This document shows positions 39,073 through 53,210 of a stretch of DNA of 64,000 nucleotides, in pieces. Within the stretch, counting starts at the first letter, position 1; each line of letters starts with the position of its first letter. The position numbers and the translations under genes are program-made. The DNA comes from an uncultured delta proteobacterium (GTDB lineage Bacteria; Myxococcota_A; Polyangia; Polyangiales; Polyangiaceae): assembly GCA_963806225.1 (NCBI GenBank), contig CAWDXG010000004.1, positions 4,096,001-4,160,000 on the forward strand. Direction: 5' to 3'. The notes beneath the pieces were generated by a model, which searched no databases, was not told where the DNA came from, and worked only from the letters and a program-made list of their open reading frames with translations.

Positions 39073-39519
39073 CTACTGCGCGTTCGCCACGATGCTTGCG
39101 GCGTTGGCCGCAGTAGCCCCGCTGCTGGGAAGCTTTACGCCCTTTCCAGCGAGAATGTAGTTGGTGACAGCCCAGTACTGCGCGTCGCTCAGGGTTCCTG
39201 CGTGGCTCTTCGGCAGAGGCATTTGCGCCTTCACGTAGCCAAAAACGTCCTGCGCCGTAGCGAACGGCCCGGAGTCGCCGTCGTGGCCGTGCAGGGGTAG
39301 GCCCTTCGGCCCCATCAAGGGCGGCGCGTGCGGCCCACCGCCTCCGTTCTTGCCATGGCAGTCGGCGCACTGGCTTCCGTACACGTCCGCGCCCTCGGGC
39401 GCCTGCTGCCGCGCGGAAGCCAGCTGGGGACCGGACGCGCCCATACCGCCCGCACAGCCCGCGACCACCAGACCGACCACCAGCGCGGCCCAGCGCACTG
39501 CTTCCCGACCGAAATACAT
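39073..39519 (-). CDS. Monoheme c-type cytochrome lipoprotein
   Basis: Lipobox LVVAGC; CADCH; distal MP. Confidence 0.88.
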   Translation of the reverse strand: MYFGREAVRWAALVVGLVVAGCAGGMGASGPQLASARQQAPEGADVYGSQCADCHGKNGGGGPHAPPLMGPKGLPLHGHDGDSGPFATAQDVFGYVKAQMPLPKSHAGTLSDAQYWAVTNYILAGKGVKLPSSGATAANAASIVANAQ

Positions 39520-39637
39520 GCTGTTGCTCCTTTGTCCGGGTGGCCATCTGGGGCAAGCAGCCCGCGGATGTCAAATCCCGGCCCCGCCGATGGCGGGAAG
39601 ACCGGCCTCCATCGCGCGGGCAGGGTATCCTCCCGGC

Positions 39638-40228
39638 ATGCGCTCGATGGCCGCCCGCGTCCACGCCTCTTCGCTCTGCCGGCAGCGCCGCAGACGCCCA
39701 GCCCTGGCCCTGCTGCTGATCGCCGTGGCGTTCGCGAGCGTCGCCTGCTCCGCAACCCCGCCCCCGAGGTGGCAGGAAGGCGGCGCGCCGCTCTTGATCG
39801 CGCCGGCACGCTGGGATCGCCAAAACGGCGATCACGTCCAGATCAACGCGAACGGCCAGGTACTCGAGAACGGGGATCCCGTGCTGTTCATCGACCGCGC
39901 CGGACGCGTCACCGACGAGAGCTACGAGCCGGTCGCGATCCTGCTTCCCGACGGCTATGTCGCCGGCACCGACAACCGCCTGCTCGGGCGGGTGGGCGTG
40001 ACCAACGCGGCTCCGCCCGGGTCGGCCACGGCATGGGTTTCCATCCTGCCCAACGGACAGGTGATGCGGTTCGATGCGGACGGCGATCGCGAAAACGCCG
40101 GCGTTTGGCACGGCTGCAACGGCCCCCAGATGCGCACCTGCACGCTGGTCACCCACATCCTGCTGGTGCAGTCGTACGCGAACCGACCCAACCCCTCCGT
40201 AGGCGTGGGCATCGGCATCGGGCTCTGA
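39638..40228 (+). CDS. Putative lipoprotein
   Basis: Basic N-terminus, hydrophobic stretch and ASVAC; ends VGVGIGIGL. Confidence 0.7.
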   Translation: MRSMAARVHASSLCRQRRRRPALALLLIAVAFASVACSATPPPRWQEGGAPLLIAPARWDRQNGDHVQINANGQVLENGDPVLFIDRAGRVTDESYEPVAILLPDGYVAGTDNRLLGRVGVTNAAPPGSATAWVSILPNGQVMRFDADGDRENAGVWHGCNGPQMRTCTLVTHILLVQSYANRPNPSVGVGIGIGL

Positions 40229-40306
40229 TTCCGGCGTCCGGCTCCGCGCTCCGGGTGTCGACGGCCTCACGATGTCGCGCTATTAGCCAGCGTTCACGGA
40301 GGAGAC

Positions 40307-41612
<1,306 letters not shown>

Positions 41613-41628
41613 GGGCTGCTCGGCTCGC

Positions 41629-43923
41629 CTATCGCTTGCGGCGCGGGGGCTTCTTCCGCCGCGTGCCCGTCGTCGTGGGGTGCTTGTCGCCGCGTGCCTT
41701 TCGCACGGGAGGCGGCGCGCCGCGGCCGCCCTTGCTGCGTCCGCGCCCTCGGGCGCGCTCCGCGCTCTGCTCGACCACACGCTTGGGCGGGACGCGCCGC
41801 GCGTAGACCTGGCGCCGCAGGATCGCCACGTCCTCGATGCCCACCACGACGCGATCGCCGATCGTGACCGAGTCGCCGGAGCGAACCCCGACGGCGCTGA
41901 TCTCGTCCTCGCCCATCTCGTAGTAGTCCGGACCCATGGCCTCGTAGCGCACCAGTACGTCCACGAACGGGTGGTCGAGCGTCACGAACATGCCGCTACC
42001 GACGATGGCCGTCACCGTCCCCTCGAACACGTCGCCAATGCGATCGCGCATGAGGAGCGTCCGGTACAGGTCGACGACCTCTCGCTCGACGGCGATGGCG
42101 GAGCGCTCGCGAACACTCGACGCCGTCGCACTCGCGCGCAGCGTCTCGATGCCGGAGGCACTGGTGTCCGGCTTGCCGCCCCGGAGCAGGTGCTTCACCG
42201 CACGGTGCACCTGGATGTCCGGATAGCGGCGGATCGGCGAAGTGAAATGCAGGTACGCGTCCGAGGCCAGACCGAAATGCCCGATGTTGACGATATCGTA
42301 GACGGCCTGCTTCAGCGAACGGAGCAGGAGCATCTCGAGCACGAACTTCTTCGGGTGATCCTCGATCCGCCTGAGCCAGCGCGACACGCCGTTCGGCTCG
42401 AGCATCTCGTTCAGATCGAACTCGACGCCCATCTTCTGGGCGACCTCGCCCAACCTTTCGAGCTTCTTCTCGTCGGGCTTGCCGTGCACGCGGTAGATGG
42501 CGGGCGCCCGACGCTGGCTGAGCCATTCCGCCACCAGCTCGTTGGCCAGCAGCATCAGCTCCTCCACCATGTGATAGGCGCGCTTGATGCCCTCGTCTTC
42601 GGCTCGGCGCTGCACGTCGACCGGCGCACCCGTCTGCGCGTCGATGTACACGCGAGGCTCCGGAAGATCGAGATCCAGCGCACCGCGCTTCATGCGCGCG
42701 CGACGCAGTTTGCGGGTCAGCTCGTCGATCACCTTGAGGTCGCGCTTGAACCCCTCGGCCTGTGCGCTCTTCGGCGGCGTGTCGGTGAAACCCAACGCGC
42801 GCGCAACGCCGCCGTAGGTGAGCATCGCCGCCGAGCGCATCACGCCTTCCACGACGTCGAAGCGCGACACCTTGCCGCGCTTGTCCAGATCCGCGATCAC
42901 GCACAGGCACAGGCGATCACGATCCGGCAGGAGCGAGCAGAGATCCGCCGCAAGGGCCGCCGGCAGCATCGGAAGAGCGCGATCCGGCAGGTAGATGGTG
43001 CAGCCACGTGCCAGCGCTTCCTCGTCCAGCTCCGAGCCGGGCTGCACGTACTCGCTCACGTCCGCGATCGCGATCCAGGCCCGGTAGCCTTCCCCATTGC
43101 GCTCGACCCACACCGCGTCGTCGTGGTCGCGAGCGTCCTCGGGGTCGATGGTGGGCAGCGGCACCTCGCGCAGATCCGTCCGCCCCTCCAGCGACATGTG
43201 ATGGACACGCGCCGCCATCGCCTCCGCTTCGCGCACTGCCCCTTGCGGGTGATCCTCGACGATCTGCTCGCGCACCAGGATCTTGGCGACCTCGGCCTTG
43301 GGGTCGCCCGGCAGCCCCAACACCGCGACCAGCTCGCCTTCCGGGTTTTCGTCGGCGAACTTCGGAAAGCGGGTGATGGTCACCACCGCCGCCTCGCCGT
43401 CCTTGCCCTCCCGCGTGCCGCCCTCGAGCACGATCGGACCCCGCACCCGGGTGTCGTCCGGCTCCAGCCAGAAGCTCTTGCCCTTGCGCCTGAGCACGCC
43501 CGCCAGCCGCGGATTGCGTCGCTCCAGGATTTCCTCGATGCGCCCCTCCACGCCGCGGGAGGTGCGCGCGACCACCTTGATGCGGACGCGATCGCCGTGC
43601 ATGGCCGCCGCGATGCCGTCGGGGGCCACGTACACGTCGTCCTGGCCGGCTGCGGTCACGAAACCGAATCCCCGCGGATTGACGCTGAGCACGCCTTCCC
43701 AGCTGCCCCGATCCCGCTCTTCCGGCGGCTGGGCCTTGAAGCGATGGCCAGCCAGCCGGCGGATGGTTCCGTCGAAGCTCAGCTGATCCAGAAGCTCCAG
43801 CAGGCGGGGAAACGAGGCCTCTTCGACACTGCAGCGCGAGGCGATCTCCCGGGCGTGAAGTGCGCGCCGCGAGCCGGACAGGCAGCTGATGATGTCGCCC
43901 CGGGTGGGCAGAGGTTGCGTCAT
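41629..43923 (-). CDS. rnr: Ribonuclease R (RNB domain, S1 domain, basic tail)
   Basis: [27 protein letters not shown] and [11 protein letters not shown]. Confidence 0.93.
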   Translation of the reverse strand: MTQPLPTRGDIISCLSGSRRALHAREIASRCSVEEASFPRLLELLDQLSFDGTIRRLAGHRFKAQPPEERDRGSWEGVLSVNPRGFGFVTAAGQDDVYVAPDGIAAAMHGDRVRIKVVARTSRGVEGRIEEILERRNPRLAGVLRRKGKSFWLEPDDTRVRGPIVLEGGTREGKDGEAAVVTITRFPKFADENPEGELVAVLGLPGDPKAEVAKILVREQIVEDHPQGAVREAEAMAARVHHMSLEGRTDLREVPLPTIDPEDARDHDDAVWVERNGEGYRAWIAIADVSEYVQPGSELDEEALARGCTIYLPDRALPMLPAALAADLCSLLPDRDRLCLCVIADLDKRGKVSRFDVVEGVMRSAAMLTYGGVARALGFTDTPPKSAQAEGFKRDLKVIDELTRKLRRARMKRGALDLDLPEPRVYIDAQTGAPVDVQRRAEDEGIKRAYHMVEELMLLANELVAEWLSQRRAPAIYRVHGKPDEKKLERLGEVAQKMGVEFDLNEMLEPNGVSRWLRRIEDHPKKFVLEMLLLRSLKQAVYDIVNIGHFGLASDAYLHFTSPIRRYPDIQVHRAVKHLLRGGKPDTSASGIETLRASATASSVRERSAIAVEREVVDLYRTLLMRDRIGDVFEGTVTAIVGSGMFVTLDHPFVDVLVRYEAMGPDYYEMGEDEISAVGVRSGDSVTIGDRVVVGIEDVAILRRQVYARRVPPKRVVEQSAERARGRGRSKGGRGAPPPVRKARGDKHPTTTGTRRKKPPRRKR

Positions 43924-44008
43924 GGCGGAGCCGGTCATACCCCAGCGGGGTCCCGGCCGTCCCCCGAAAGCTGACGCTTCCCGCGAGCCGGCATAGATTC
44001 CCCCCACC

Positions 44009-45151
44009 GTGCGCCCCGCTCACTCCATCTCGCTGGTCCGCCTCTTCACCCTGGTCGCGCTCGCGGCCAGCGCGGCGCTGTTCGTCGACTACACCAGCTA
44101 CAGCCCCACGTTCTGCACCGCCACGAACTCGGGCTGCGGCGCCGTCCGCGCGAGCGGCTACGGCTATCTGCTGGGGATGATCCCGGTGCCGCTCGCGGGG
44201 CTCATCGGCTTCGGCGCCGTGCTGGTCGTCTCGCTGCTGCCCGCCGGAGGTCTGAGGAAGCGACTGCTCGCGCCGCTCGCCGTGGGCGGCGCCGCGATCG
44301 GTCTGCTGCTGTTCGCGCTGCAGGCGCTCGTCATCAAGCGCTACTGCGAATACTGCATGGCCGCCGACGCGTCGTCACTGCTGATCGCGGTGTTCGCGGT
44401 CCTCCACCGCCAGGCGATCGCCGGCACGCCCTCCGATCAGAACCGCGAGCACATGGCACGCTGGTCCTGGGCCGCCCTGGGCGGGCTCGCTATCGCCGCG
44501 CCGCTGGTGTGGCCGCACGTCCGCCCCGAGCCACCCGTGCCGGCGGACATCCGCGCCTTCTACGTCCCCGGCAAGATCAACGTCGTCGAGTTCGCCGACT
44601 ACGAGTGCCCGTTCTGCCGCGGCCTCGCCCCGCGCCTGAAGCAGGTCATGAGCGCCTATCCGGGCCGTGTGAACTTCGTGCGGCTCAACCTGCCGCTCGA
44701 CCGCATCCATCCCCAGGCACGCGACGCCGCGCGGGCACAGGTGTGCGCCGCCGAACAGGGCAAGGGCGAGGAGATGGCCGACGCGCTGTTCGAGGCCAAG
44801 GAACTATCGCTCAAGGCCAACCGCCGCATCGCCGTCGGCATGGGCCTCGACATGGATCGCTTCGATAAGTGCGTCGCCGACGCCGCCACCGACAAGCGCA
44901 TCGACCAACAGGGCAAGCTGCTGCGCGACGCCGGTTTCTCGGGGCTGCCGACGACGTTCGTCGGTGCCGACAAGGTCGTCGGCGCGCAGCCCGACGATGT
45001 CTTCCGCAAGGCCTTCGAACAGGCGGCCCGCGGCGACAACGCGCAGGGCATGCCGGGCTGGCTGTACCTGGTGATCGTCGGGATTCTGGCGCTGGGGCTG
45101 GCCGGAGCGGGGGCCGCCCAGGAGCGCCGGCGACGCGCTCGAGCCGCCTGA
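44009..45151 (+). CDS. VKOR-DsbA (thioredoxin-fold) fusion membrane protein
   Basis: FCTATNSGC...S and YCEYC (VKOR); FADYECPFC and GLPT (DsbA-like); C-terminal TM. Confidence 0.85.
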   Translation: MRPAHSISLVRLFTLVALAASAALFVDYTSYSPTFCTATNSGCGAVRASGYGYLLGMIPVPLAGLIGFGAVLVVSLLPAGGLRKRLLAPLAVGGAAIGLLLFALQALVIKRYCEYCMAADASSLLIAVFAVLHRQAIAGTPSDQNREHMARWSWAALGGLAIAAPLVWPHVRPEPPVPADIRAFYVPGKINVVEFADYECPFCRGLAPRLKQVMSAYPGRVNFVRLNLPLDRIHPQARDAARAQVCAAEQGKGEEMADALFEAKELSLKANRRIAVGMGLDMDRFDKCVADAATDKRIDQQGKLLRDAGFSGLPTTFVGADKVVGAQPDDVFRKAFEQAARGDNAQGMPGWLYLVIVGILALGLAGAGAAQERRRRARAA

Positions 45152-45202
45152 CACCGGTCAGCATCCGGTACCCGAGCGCCGGGCGGGGTGTTATGCTCTG
45201 CT

Positions 45203-46378
45203 ATGGAGAAAAGGAAAAAGCACACGGCGCCGCGAGAGAACGGCGCGCCTGGTTTCAACGTTCCCATCGAGGTCTTCCGGGCTCTGCCGAAGACCGACCT
45301 TCACGTCCACCTGGACGGCTCGCTGCGCCTCGAGACGATCCTGGAGATCGCCGAGCAGCAGAGCATCGAGTTGCCCGCGGACAACGTCGACAGCCTGCGT
45401 GAAGTCATCGGCTGCGGCAGGTTGTTCGGCTCCCTCGTCGAGTATCTGCGCGGCTTCGAGATCACGCTCAAGGTGATGCAGACGGAGGAAGCGCTCGAGC
45501 GCATCGCCTTCGAGCTGGCGGAAGACGCGCACCGCGAGAACGTGCGCTACATGGAAGTGCGCTACTCGCCGATGCTGCACACGCAGCGCGGCCTGAAGCT
45601 GACCAAGGTCGTCGAGGCCGTGCTCGCCGGCCTGCGCCGCGCGCGCGAGACCTACGGCATCAAGGCCAACGTGATCATCTGCGGGATCCGCAACATCTCG
45701 CCGGAATCCTCCTACGAGATGGCGGAGCTCGCCGTCGCGTACAAGGGCCGCGGCGTGGTCGGCTTCGACCTGGCCGGCGCCGAGTACGATCACCCGGCCA
45801 AGCACCATCGCCAGGCCTTCCAGCTGGTGCGCGACAACAACATCAACTCGACCATCCACGCCGGAGAAGCCTACGGCCCCGAGTCGATCGCGCAGGCGAT
45901 CCACGTCTGCGGCGCGCATCGCATCGGGCACGGCGTGCGCCTGCGCGAAAACGGCGATCTCCTCCACTACGTCAACGATCACCGGATCCCGCTGGAGTGC
46001 TGCCCCTCGAGCAACGTGCAGACCGGCGCGGTACGCGACCTGGCGTCGCATCCGTTGAAGCTCTACTTCGACCTGGGCCTGCGCGTGACGATCAACACCG
46101 ACAACCGGCTCATCACCGATACCTCGGTGTCGAAGGAACTGTGGCTGGTGCACACGGAGATGCACGTGCCCTTCCGCGACGTCCGCAGCATGGTCGTGGC
46201 CGGCTTCAAGTCGAGCTTCCAGCCCTTCCACGAGAAACAGGCGGCACTGCGCAAGGTGGCCGCGGAACTGTCGCGCTACGACGACGAGGGCAACCTCATC
46301 AACACGCCGGTCGACCCGACCACGCCCGAGCCGTCGCGCCGCATCCGCGCCAGCGCCGAGCTCAGCGACACACCGTGA
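45203..46378 (+). CDS. add: Adenosine deaminase
   Basis: LPKTDLHVHLDGS, GFDLAG, TIHAGE, RIGHG and NTDN. Confidence 0.9.
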   Translation: MEKRKKHTAPRENGAPGFNVPIEVFRALPKTDLHVHLDGSLRLETILEIAEQQSIELPADNVDSLREVIGCGRLFGSLVEYLRGFEITLKVMQTEEALERIAFELAEDAHRENVRYMEVRYSPMLHTQRGLKLTKVVEAVLAGLRRARETYGIKANVIICGIRNISPESSYEMAELAVAYKGRGVVGFDLAGAEYDHPAKHHRQAFQLVRDNNINSTIHAGEAYGPESIAQAIHVCGAHRIGHGVRLRENGDLLHYVNDHRIPLECCPSSNVQTGAVRDLASHPLKLYFDLGLRVTINTDNRLITDTSVSKELWLVHTEMHVPFRDVRSMVVAGFKSSFQPFHEKQAALRKVAAELSRYDDEGNLINTPVDPTTPEPSRRIRASAELSDTP

Positions 46379-46399
46379 TTGCCGCTAGCTGGGCGACCG

Positions 46400-47344
46400 T
46401 CAGAAGCTGATCCCCGCCCTCACGTCGGTGGTAGTCGCCTGGTCGAGCGCTTCGATGGCCTTGTCGACCTCTTCCGACTCCACGTCGGGCAGCTTCACCA
46501 GGAAGCGGACGTAGAGATCGCCCGTGTCCTTCTGGCGTTTGACGCCGCGCCCCTTCAGCCGCACGACCTGACCACTCTGCGCGTGCTCCGGCACGGTCAG
46601 CGTCACGTCGCCGTTCGGCGTCGGGATGCGCACCTTTGCGCCCGAGTACGCCTCCCGCGCGGTCACCGGCAGATCCAGGTACAGGTCCAGCCCGTCGCGC
46701 TCGAAGTGCGGGTGCGGCTTGACGCGGATCACGAGCACCAGATCCCCCGGCGGCCCGCCGAACATGCCCGGCTGCCCGTGGCCCGGCACGCGCACCTTGT
46801 CGCCATCGCCGGCGCCCGGCGGGACACGCACCGTCACTTCCTCGCTGCCGTCCTGCACGCGCAGCTTGAGCGATGCACCCATGATGGCCGAAGCAAAGTC
46901 CACCGTGACCTCGCTCAGCACGTCCGAGCCCTTCATCGCCGTGCGCCGCCCGCCGCCGCGCCCGCGGAACAGGTCGCCAAACAGGTCGCCGAAACCGCCG
47001 ACGCCCCCCTGGTTGGTGAAGACCTCCTCCCAGCCTCCACCGCCGCCGCGGCTGAAGCGCACCCGGCCTCCGGCGCCGGCCGCGCGCTTGTAAGCCCGCG
47101 CTGCATCCGCGTCGAAGCCTTCGCGCAGCGCATCCTCGCCGAACTCGTCGTACAGCGAGCGGGTCTTCGGATCGCTCAGCGTCTGGTAGGCGCGATTGAC
47201 CTGCTTGAAGCGCTGCTCCGCCTTGTCGTCGCCCGGGTTCTTGTCCGGATGCAGCTTGCCCGCGAGCTTGCGGTACGCCTTCTTGATGTCGTCGGCGCTG
47301 GCGTCGCGCGAGACGCCGAGCTCACTGTAGAAGTCCTGGGCCAT
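46400..47344 (-). CDS. DnaJ-class chaperone lacking the zinc finger (CbpA-like)
   Basis: J domain with HPD; G/F-rich region; DnaJ C-terminal domain; no CXXCXGXG repeats. Confidence 0.9.
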   Translation of the reverse strand: MAQDFYSELGVSRDASADDIKKAYRKLAGKLHPDKNPGDDKAEQRFKQVNRAYQTLSDPKTRSLYDEFGEDALREGFDADAARAYKRAAGAGGRVRFSRGGGGGWEEVFTNQGGVGGFGDLFGDLFRGRGGGRRTAMKGSDVLSEVTVDFASAIMGASLKLRVQDGSEEVTVRVPPGAGDGDKVRVPGHGQPGMFGGPPGDLVLVIRVKPHPHFERDGLDLYLDLPVTAREAYSGAKVRIPTPNGDVTLTVPEHAQSGQVVRLKGRGVKRQKDTGDLYVRFLVKLPDVESEEVDKAIEALDQATTTDVRAGISF

Positions 47345-47399
47345 GTTGCGTACCGCTATGGAAAATAAGGGCGCCGCCACACTGCGGCAAGGCCGGCGC

Positions 47400-48257
47400 T
47401 CAGCCCTTGGGCGACCGCGCGCGCGGCCTTGACGCACCTCTTGCCCTCGCCCTGCAGCCTACCACCATCGAATCGACACTCTCGTCGGGCGGCTGGTCGC
47501 TGAAGTCGGCAGTCCAGACCATGTCGCCAAAACCGTTGTAGTGCAGCAGCGCCTCGATCTCGCGCGGAAAGAACTGCCGATGCGTGAGCGGCACGCTCCA
47601 GGGCTTTCCGCCGCCTTCGGGCTTGAAGTCCATCCACACGAGCAGCACCTGCCGGACGGGATCGTATTCGAAGCGCTCGGCGTAGCGCACGAGCTGCCCG
47701 GTGGTGGGGTGACGGATGCGCGGTGCGCCGTAGCTCCGGCCCGGGTCGCGAACCAGCTCGTCACCCCGCGGCACCGAGAAGTCGAACACGAAACGACCGC
47801 GTGGAGCGAGGTGTGCGCGGACCCGCGCCAGGAACTGCTCCATGTCCTGTCGCGTGTACAGGTGGAGGATCGTGTTGAAGGCGGCGATGACCAGCGGAAA
47901 GCGCCGGCTGAGCCGCACCTTGCGCATGTCGCCGTGCACGACGCGCACGCGCCGCTTCACCTCGGCCGGCTCGCGCAGAAGCGCCGCCCGGAGATCCTCG
48001 AGCATGGGTTTCGAGAGATCCACCGCCACCACGTCCACTCCGGCGCGGGCGATCGGGATCGCGATGCGACCGTTGCCAGCGCCGTACTCCAGCACCGGAC
48101 CGCCCGAAAGCCGCGCCAGCCTCACGTAGTACTCGACGTCCCAGCGACGTGAGCGGTACGTCTTTTCGTAGTACGCCGGGTCGGCGTAGTGCGCCTGCGC
48201 ACCGGCGTCGCCTGCGCGACCCAGCGCGTCGAGCGTCGGCGCTGATTTCCGTGGCAC
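47400..48257 (-). CDS. Class I SAM-dependent methyltransferase
   Basis: [19 protein letters not shown] and GDMR. Confidence 0.88.
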   Translation of the reverse strand: MPRKSAPTLDALGRAGDAGAQAHYADPAYYEKTYRSRRWDVEYYVRLARLSGGPVLEYGAGNGRIAIPIARAGVDVVAVDLSKPMLEDLRAALLREPAEVKRRVRVVHGDMRKVRLSRRFPLVIAAFNTILHLYTRQDMEQFLARVRAHLAPRGRFVFDFSVPRGDELVRDPGRSYGAPRIRHPTTGQLVRYAERFEYDPVRQVLLVWMDFKPEGGGKPWSVPLTHRQFFPREIEALLHYNGFGDMVWTADFSDQPPDESVDSMVVGCRARARGASRPRARSPKG

Positions 48258-48262
48258 GCGCC

Positions 48263-48502
48263 TCAGTGCGCGGCGTGCGTGATCTCGTCGATGTACTCGA
48301 CCACAACCTCGTGACTGTCGCGGTGGAAGTGCACCTTGCCCGCCGCGATCTCGCGCAGCGCGATGACAGCCGCCTTGTTCTTCGCGTTGACGAGCGCCGG
48401 CGCACCCTTCATCAGGTTGCGGGTGCGGCTGGATGCCAGCACCACCAGGGCGAAGCGGTTCTCTTCCTGCTCCAGGCAGTCTTCAACGGTGACGCGCGCC
48501 AT
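48263..48502 (-). CDS. rpoZ: RNA polymerase omega subunit
   Basis: [10 protein letters not shown]...NRFALV...ALREIAAG. Confidence 0.95.
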   Translation of the reverse strand: MARVTVEDCLEQEENRFALVVLASSRTRNLMKGAPALVNAKNKAAVIALREIAAGKVHFHRDSHEVVVEYIDEITHAAH

Positions 48503-48638
48503 GTTTCGCGGAGATCCTTTCCGTCGGGGGTCGCGAAACCTACCCGAACCCCGGGCAGCCCGCAAGCTGGCATAAATCAACTGTGATTACAATATGTTAC
48601 GAGCCGGAGCTGGAGCTGGGCCTGAACCCTGACCCCGC

Positions 48639-49673
48639 CTAGCTGACCAGGTAGCGTCCCGAACGCATCACCGGCTCGCCGTCGATTTCGATGTCGGAGC
48701 CCGCGGCCGTGAGGACGCACTGCGCGGCGGCGTCCCAGTCCGCTCCGGTCAAATCGGGGTAGCTCATGCCGAGCGCGATGTGCAGCCCCGGCAGCGTCTG
48801 GTCGACGATCAACGTTCCGGTCGGTTCGCTCAGACCCATGTTTGTGCCGAAGCTGAACAATCCAACGCGATCCTGGTTCCTGCCTGCGCGCAGGAAAGCC
48901 GACGCGGCCTCGGCCAGAGCTCTGGAGCTGCACTGCACCCCCTTCACGCGCCCGTCCCGGAGCTCCAGCCTGACCGGCGAAGCGCGCGGGCTCTCGCCTT
49001 CCGCGCCCGGCAGCACGGTCATGGAAGCGTCGCACACGAACACTCCGGAAACCTGGCCCGGAGCGGTCAAGAGCTCGCCGGCGGGGAGGTTCTGCCAGCG
49101 GCCGGGGCGGATGATGCCGGTGTTGTCCACCCAGCGGAAACGCGGGTCGCAACAGAGCTCCAGCTCGGTGCCCGCCGGCGTGTGCGCCGTCACGCGCGAA
49201 TCGGGTCGGAGCCGCGAGCGCAAGGCTCGTGCCGTGTTCGCAATGCGGTGGGGATCGACGGAAAGCCCGGTCGCCATCAGCTCGGCGGTGACGCCGACCA
49301 TGTGTCCATGTCTGAGACCGAACTTCCGCACGTCTTCCACCAGCTGCCGGCGCAGCGTCAGCTCGTCGGGCCCCGCGCGCGCGACGTAGATGCTCGCCTG
49401 TGCCTCCGAAAGCGCTTCGACGATCGTTCCGGGCAGCTCCGCGAGCGGGCGCGGCCCGAAATCCTCCAGCGCGAAGCACAGCACGCGGACCTTGGCCCAC
49501 TCGGCCGCTTCCGCCAGCGCCTTCTGCATCGGCGCCCGTTCGGCGTCCGAGATGATCACGAGTTGCTCGCCGGGCACGCACCCGAGCGATCCCTCGACCA
49601 CGCGCCGCGCCGCCGACAGCAGGTGGTAGTCGACCCCCGCAAAGCGGGAAGCAGACCAGGAACGCTTCGGCAC
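48639..49673 (-). CDS. Peptidase M29 (aminopeptidase T-like) homologue, several metal ligands missing
   Basis: TPAGTEL, NLPAGEL, FGTN and HIALG; start uncertain. Confidence 0.75.
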   Translation of the reverse strand: MPKRSWSASRFAGVDYHLLSAARRVVEGSLGCVPGEQLVIISDAERAPMQKALAEAAEWAKVRVLCFALEDFGPRPLAELPGTIVEALSEAQASIYVARAGPDELTLRRQLVEDVRKFGLRHGHMVGVTAELMATGLSVDPHRIANTARALRSRLRPDSRVTAHTPAGTELELCCDPRFRWVDNTGIIRPGRWQNLPAGELLTAPGQVSGVFVCDASMTVLPGAEGESPRASPVRLELRDGRVKGVQCSSRALAEAASAFLRAGRNQDRVGLFSFGTNMGLSEPTGTLIVDQTLPGLHIALGMSYPDLTGADWDAAAQCVLTAAGSDIEIDGEPVMRSGRYLVS

Positions 49674-49859
49674 GTCCGACAAAGAAATCCCCACGGCTAC
49701 GGGCCTGGGGCGACCCGTTTCGCGAGGGTCGCACCAATGTGACGCACGCGCCAGCGCTACGGTACCCGGCGGAAACAGCCGCAACAAGCCGCCGTCAGCC
49801 GCTCTCTAGCGCCCGACAGTGGGCGGACCTAGGTTGGGGCCAGCGAGCTGGACCTGATC

Positions 49860-51158
49860 ATGGCGAGCCGGGACGTGCCGGGACATGCAGCCGAAAACCG
49901 CGGTCCCGGAGCGGGCGCAAAGGCGGAGGAACGCGTGCGGGCCGGAGGCCGGTTGAAGCGCTACGCGTGGCTGCTGCTGGTGCTGGTCGTGCTGGGCGCC
50001 GTCGCTCTGGCGCTCGCACCTCGCGTCCTGGGCCGCAGCGTCCACGTGGTCCAGCTCGAGCACCGCGCGCTCGTGCAGACCGTGGTGACCAGCGGGCGCG
50101 TGCTGCCACCCGCCGAGATCACGCTCTCGGCCCTGGTGCCGGGTGACATCCAGAGCGTCGCGGTCGAGGAGGGTGACCCCGTCCACAAGGGACAGCTGCT
50201 GGTGCAGATCGATCCAACCGAAGCCGGCGCGGCGCTGGCCCAGGCCAAGGCGGCTCTGTCGCGGGCGCGCGCCCAGCGACGGCGCGTGCATAGCCTGACG
50301 GCGAAAGTCGCCGGCCAGAGCCTGGAACAGGCGCGGGCAAGGCTCGACCAGGCCAAGCTGGCGTACCAGCGCGAGAAGCAGCTGTTCGCCGGCGGTGCGA
50401 CCACACGCTCCGCGCTCGACGACGCCCAGACGGCGCTCGACCTGGCGCGCAGCGCGTACACTTCCGCGGAAGCACAGGCCGAGGCCTCCTCGCCGCAGGG
50501 CGCCGATTCACAATCGGCCGTCGCGGCGATCGCCCAGGCGCGTGCCGAGCTCGCGGCCGCGCAGGCGCGGCTCGACCGCGCGCGGGTCGTGGCGCCGAGC
50601 GACGGCGTGGTGCTCACGCGCAGCGTGGAGCCCGGCGACGTGGTGCAGCCTGGCGCCCAGCTCCTGGTCGTGGCCGGCAGCGGCCGCACCCAGCTGGTTG
50701 TTGAACCCGACGAGAAGAACCTCGCCCTGCTCGAGGTCGGCCAGAGCGCAGTCGCCTCGGCCGAAGCCTTTCCGTCGCAGCGCTTTCCCGCGAAGGTGGC
50801 GTTCATCGCACCCAGCGTCGATGCGCGCCGCGGCACCATCAAGGTCAAGCTCGACGTGGACAAGCCGCCCGCCTACCTGCGTCCGGCGATGACCGTCTCG
50901 GTCGAGATCGAAGTGAACAAGCGCAAGAACGCACTGGTGCTCGACGCCGGCGCGGTACGGGATCTCTCGACCGATCGCCCCTGGGTTCTGGTCGCGAAAG
51001 ACGGCGTGGCACAGCGGGCGGACGTGAAGCTCGGCCTGCGGGGCGACCGCCGGGTGGAGATCGCGGGCGGCGTGGCTCCCGACGCGCTGGTGATCCCGCC
51101 GGGCGAGACCGGCATACAGCCGGGCACGCGGGTCCGGCCCCGGCTCCCGGGGAGCTGA
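49860..51158 (+). CDS. Efflux membrane fusion protein (HlyD/MacA-like)
   Basis: N-terminal [15 protein letters not shown], long coiled coil, VAPSDGVV. Confidence 0.9.
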   Translation: MASRDVPGHAAENRGPGAGAKAEERVRAGGRLKRYAWLLLVLVVLGAVALALAPRVLGRSVHVVQLEHRALVQTVVTSGRVLPPAEITLSALVPGDIQSVAVEEGDPVHKGQLLVQIDPTEAGAALAQAKAALSRARAQRRRVHSLTAKVAGQSLEQARARLDQAKLAYQREKQLFAGGATTRSALDDAQTALDLARSAYTSAEAQAEASSPQGADSQSAVAAIAQARAELAAAQARLDRARVVAPSDGVVLTRSVEPGDVVQPGAQLLVVAGSGRTQLVVEPDEKNLALLEVGQSAVASAEAFPSQRFPAKVAFIAPSVDARRGTIKVKLDVDKPPAYLRPAMTVSVEIEVNKRKNALVLDAGAVRDLSTDRPWVLVAKDGVAQRADVKLGLRGDRRVEIAGGVAPDALVIPPGETGIQPGTRVRPRLPGS

Positions 51159-51160
51159 GC

Positions 51161-52379
51161 ATGCCGCTGGAGTGGTTCATCGCGCTGCGCTTCCTGCGCC
51201 AGGGGCGCATGCAGTCGGTGCTCATCATCGCCGGCGTGGGCGTGGGCGTCGGCGTGCTGGTGTTCCTCTCGGCGCTCATCACCGGGCTGCAGCAGAGCCT
51301 CATCGAGCAGACGCTCGGCGTGCAGCCGCACATCGTCGTGCGACCCGAAGAAGAGAAGGCACGCGAGCTCATCGGCACCCACACGCCCGGAGGTCCGCTG
51401 GTCGCGGCGCGCGTGGAGAAACCCGCGCAGCGCATCCGCTCCATCGACGGCTGGCAGCACGTGCGCCGCGCCATCGACTCCACACCGGGAGTCCTGGCGA
51501 CATCGCCCATGGCAGCCGGCTCGGCGTTCGCCGTGCGCGGCAACGCCAACAAGTCCGTGGCGCTGATGGGCGTCGACGCCGCCGACTACGCGCGCATCAT
51601 CGACGTGCCAGGGCACATGGTCGCCGGACGCTACTCGCTGTCCGGCACGGAAGCGGTCATCGGCCGCGAGCTCGCGGAGGACCTGGGCCTCGGCGTGGGC
51701 GACAAGCTCCGCGTGCAGACGGCGGAAGGGCGGAGCGAGCTGTTCACGGTGCGCGGCGTGTTCGACCTGGGAAACCGCGACGTGAACCGCCGCTGGGTGC
51801 TTGTTTCCCTGCGCAGCGCGCAGACGCTGCTGGATCTGGTCGGCGGCGTGTCGAACATCGAGATCAAGGTCGCGCGCATCTTCGATGCCGACGCGATCGC
51901 CCAGCGCATCGCCGCGCGCACCGGCCTGGTGAGCGACAGCTGGATGAAGACCAACGCACAGCTGCTCACCGCGCTCCGCTCGCAGAGCAGCTCGAGCTCC
52001 ATGATCCAGGTGTTCGTCATTGTCGCTGTGGCCATGGGCATCGCCAGCGTGCTGATCGTCTCGGTCGTGCAGAAGTCGCGGGAGATCGGCATCCTGCGCG
52101 CAATGGGCACGCCACGGGCGCGCGTGCTCAGGGTGTTCCTCATCGAAGGGGCGCTGGTGGGCCTCTCCGGATCGATCATGGGCGGTGTGCTCGGTTCGGG
52201 CCTCGCGTTGTTCTTCCAGCAGCTGGCCGTGGCGCCCGACGGCTCGCCGCTGTTCCCGGTGGCGCTCACCGCGACGCTGCTCGGCCGCTCGGCCCTGATC
52301 GCTACCCTCACCGGCATCGTCGCGGCAGCGCTGCCCGCGCGTCGCGCGGCCCGCCTCGATCCCGCCGTGGCCATCCGCT

Positions 52380-52387
<8 letters not shown>
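51161..52387 (+). CDS. ABC transporter permease (LolE/MacB/FtsX-like)
   Basis: [16 protein letters not shown] and [15 protein letters not shown]. Confidence 0.9.
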
Positions 52388-53114
<727 letters not shown>

Positions 53115-53210
53115 CGGCCGCCCGGCGGACCACCCCCGGAGCCGGGCTGGTCATTGTGGTGCATGCGCCCGACAATCGATTATGCTCGCGCCTCCGGAGG
53201 AACCTTTCCC

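Noticed and set aside
48573..48636. AT-rich patch and hexamer repeats upstream of rpoZ as a recombination or IHF site
   Set aside because: No full consensus match; adequately explained as rpoZ promoter region and low-complexity spacer.
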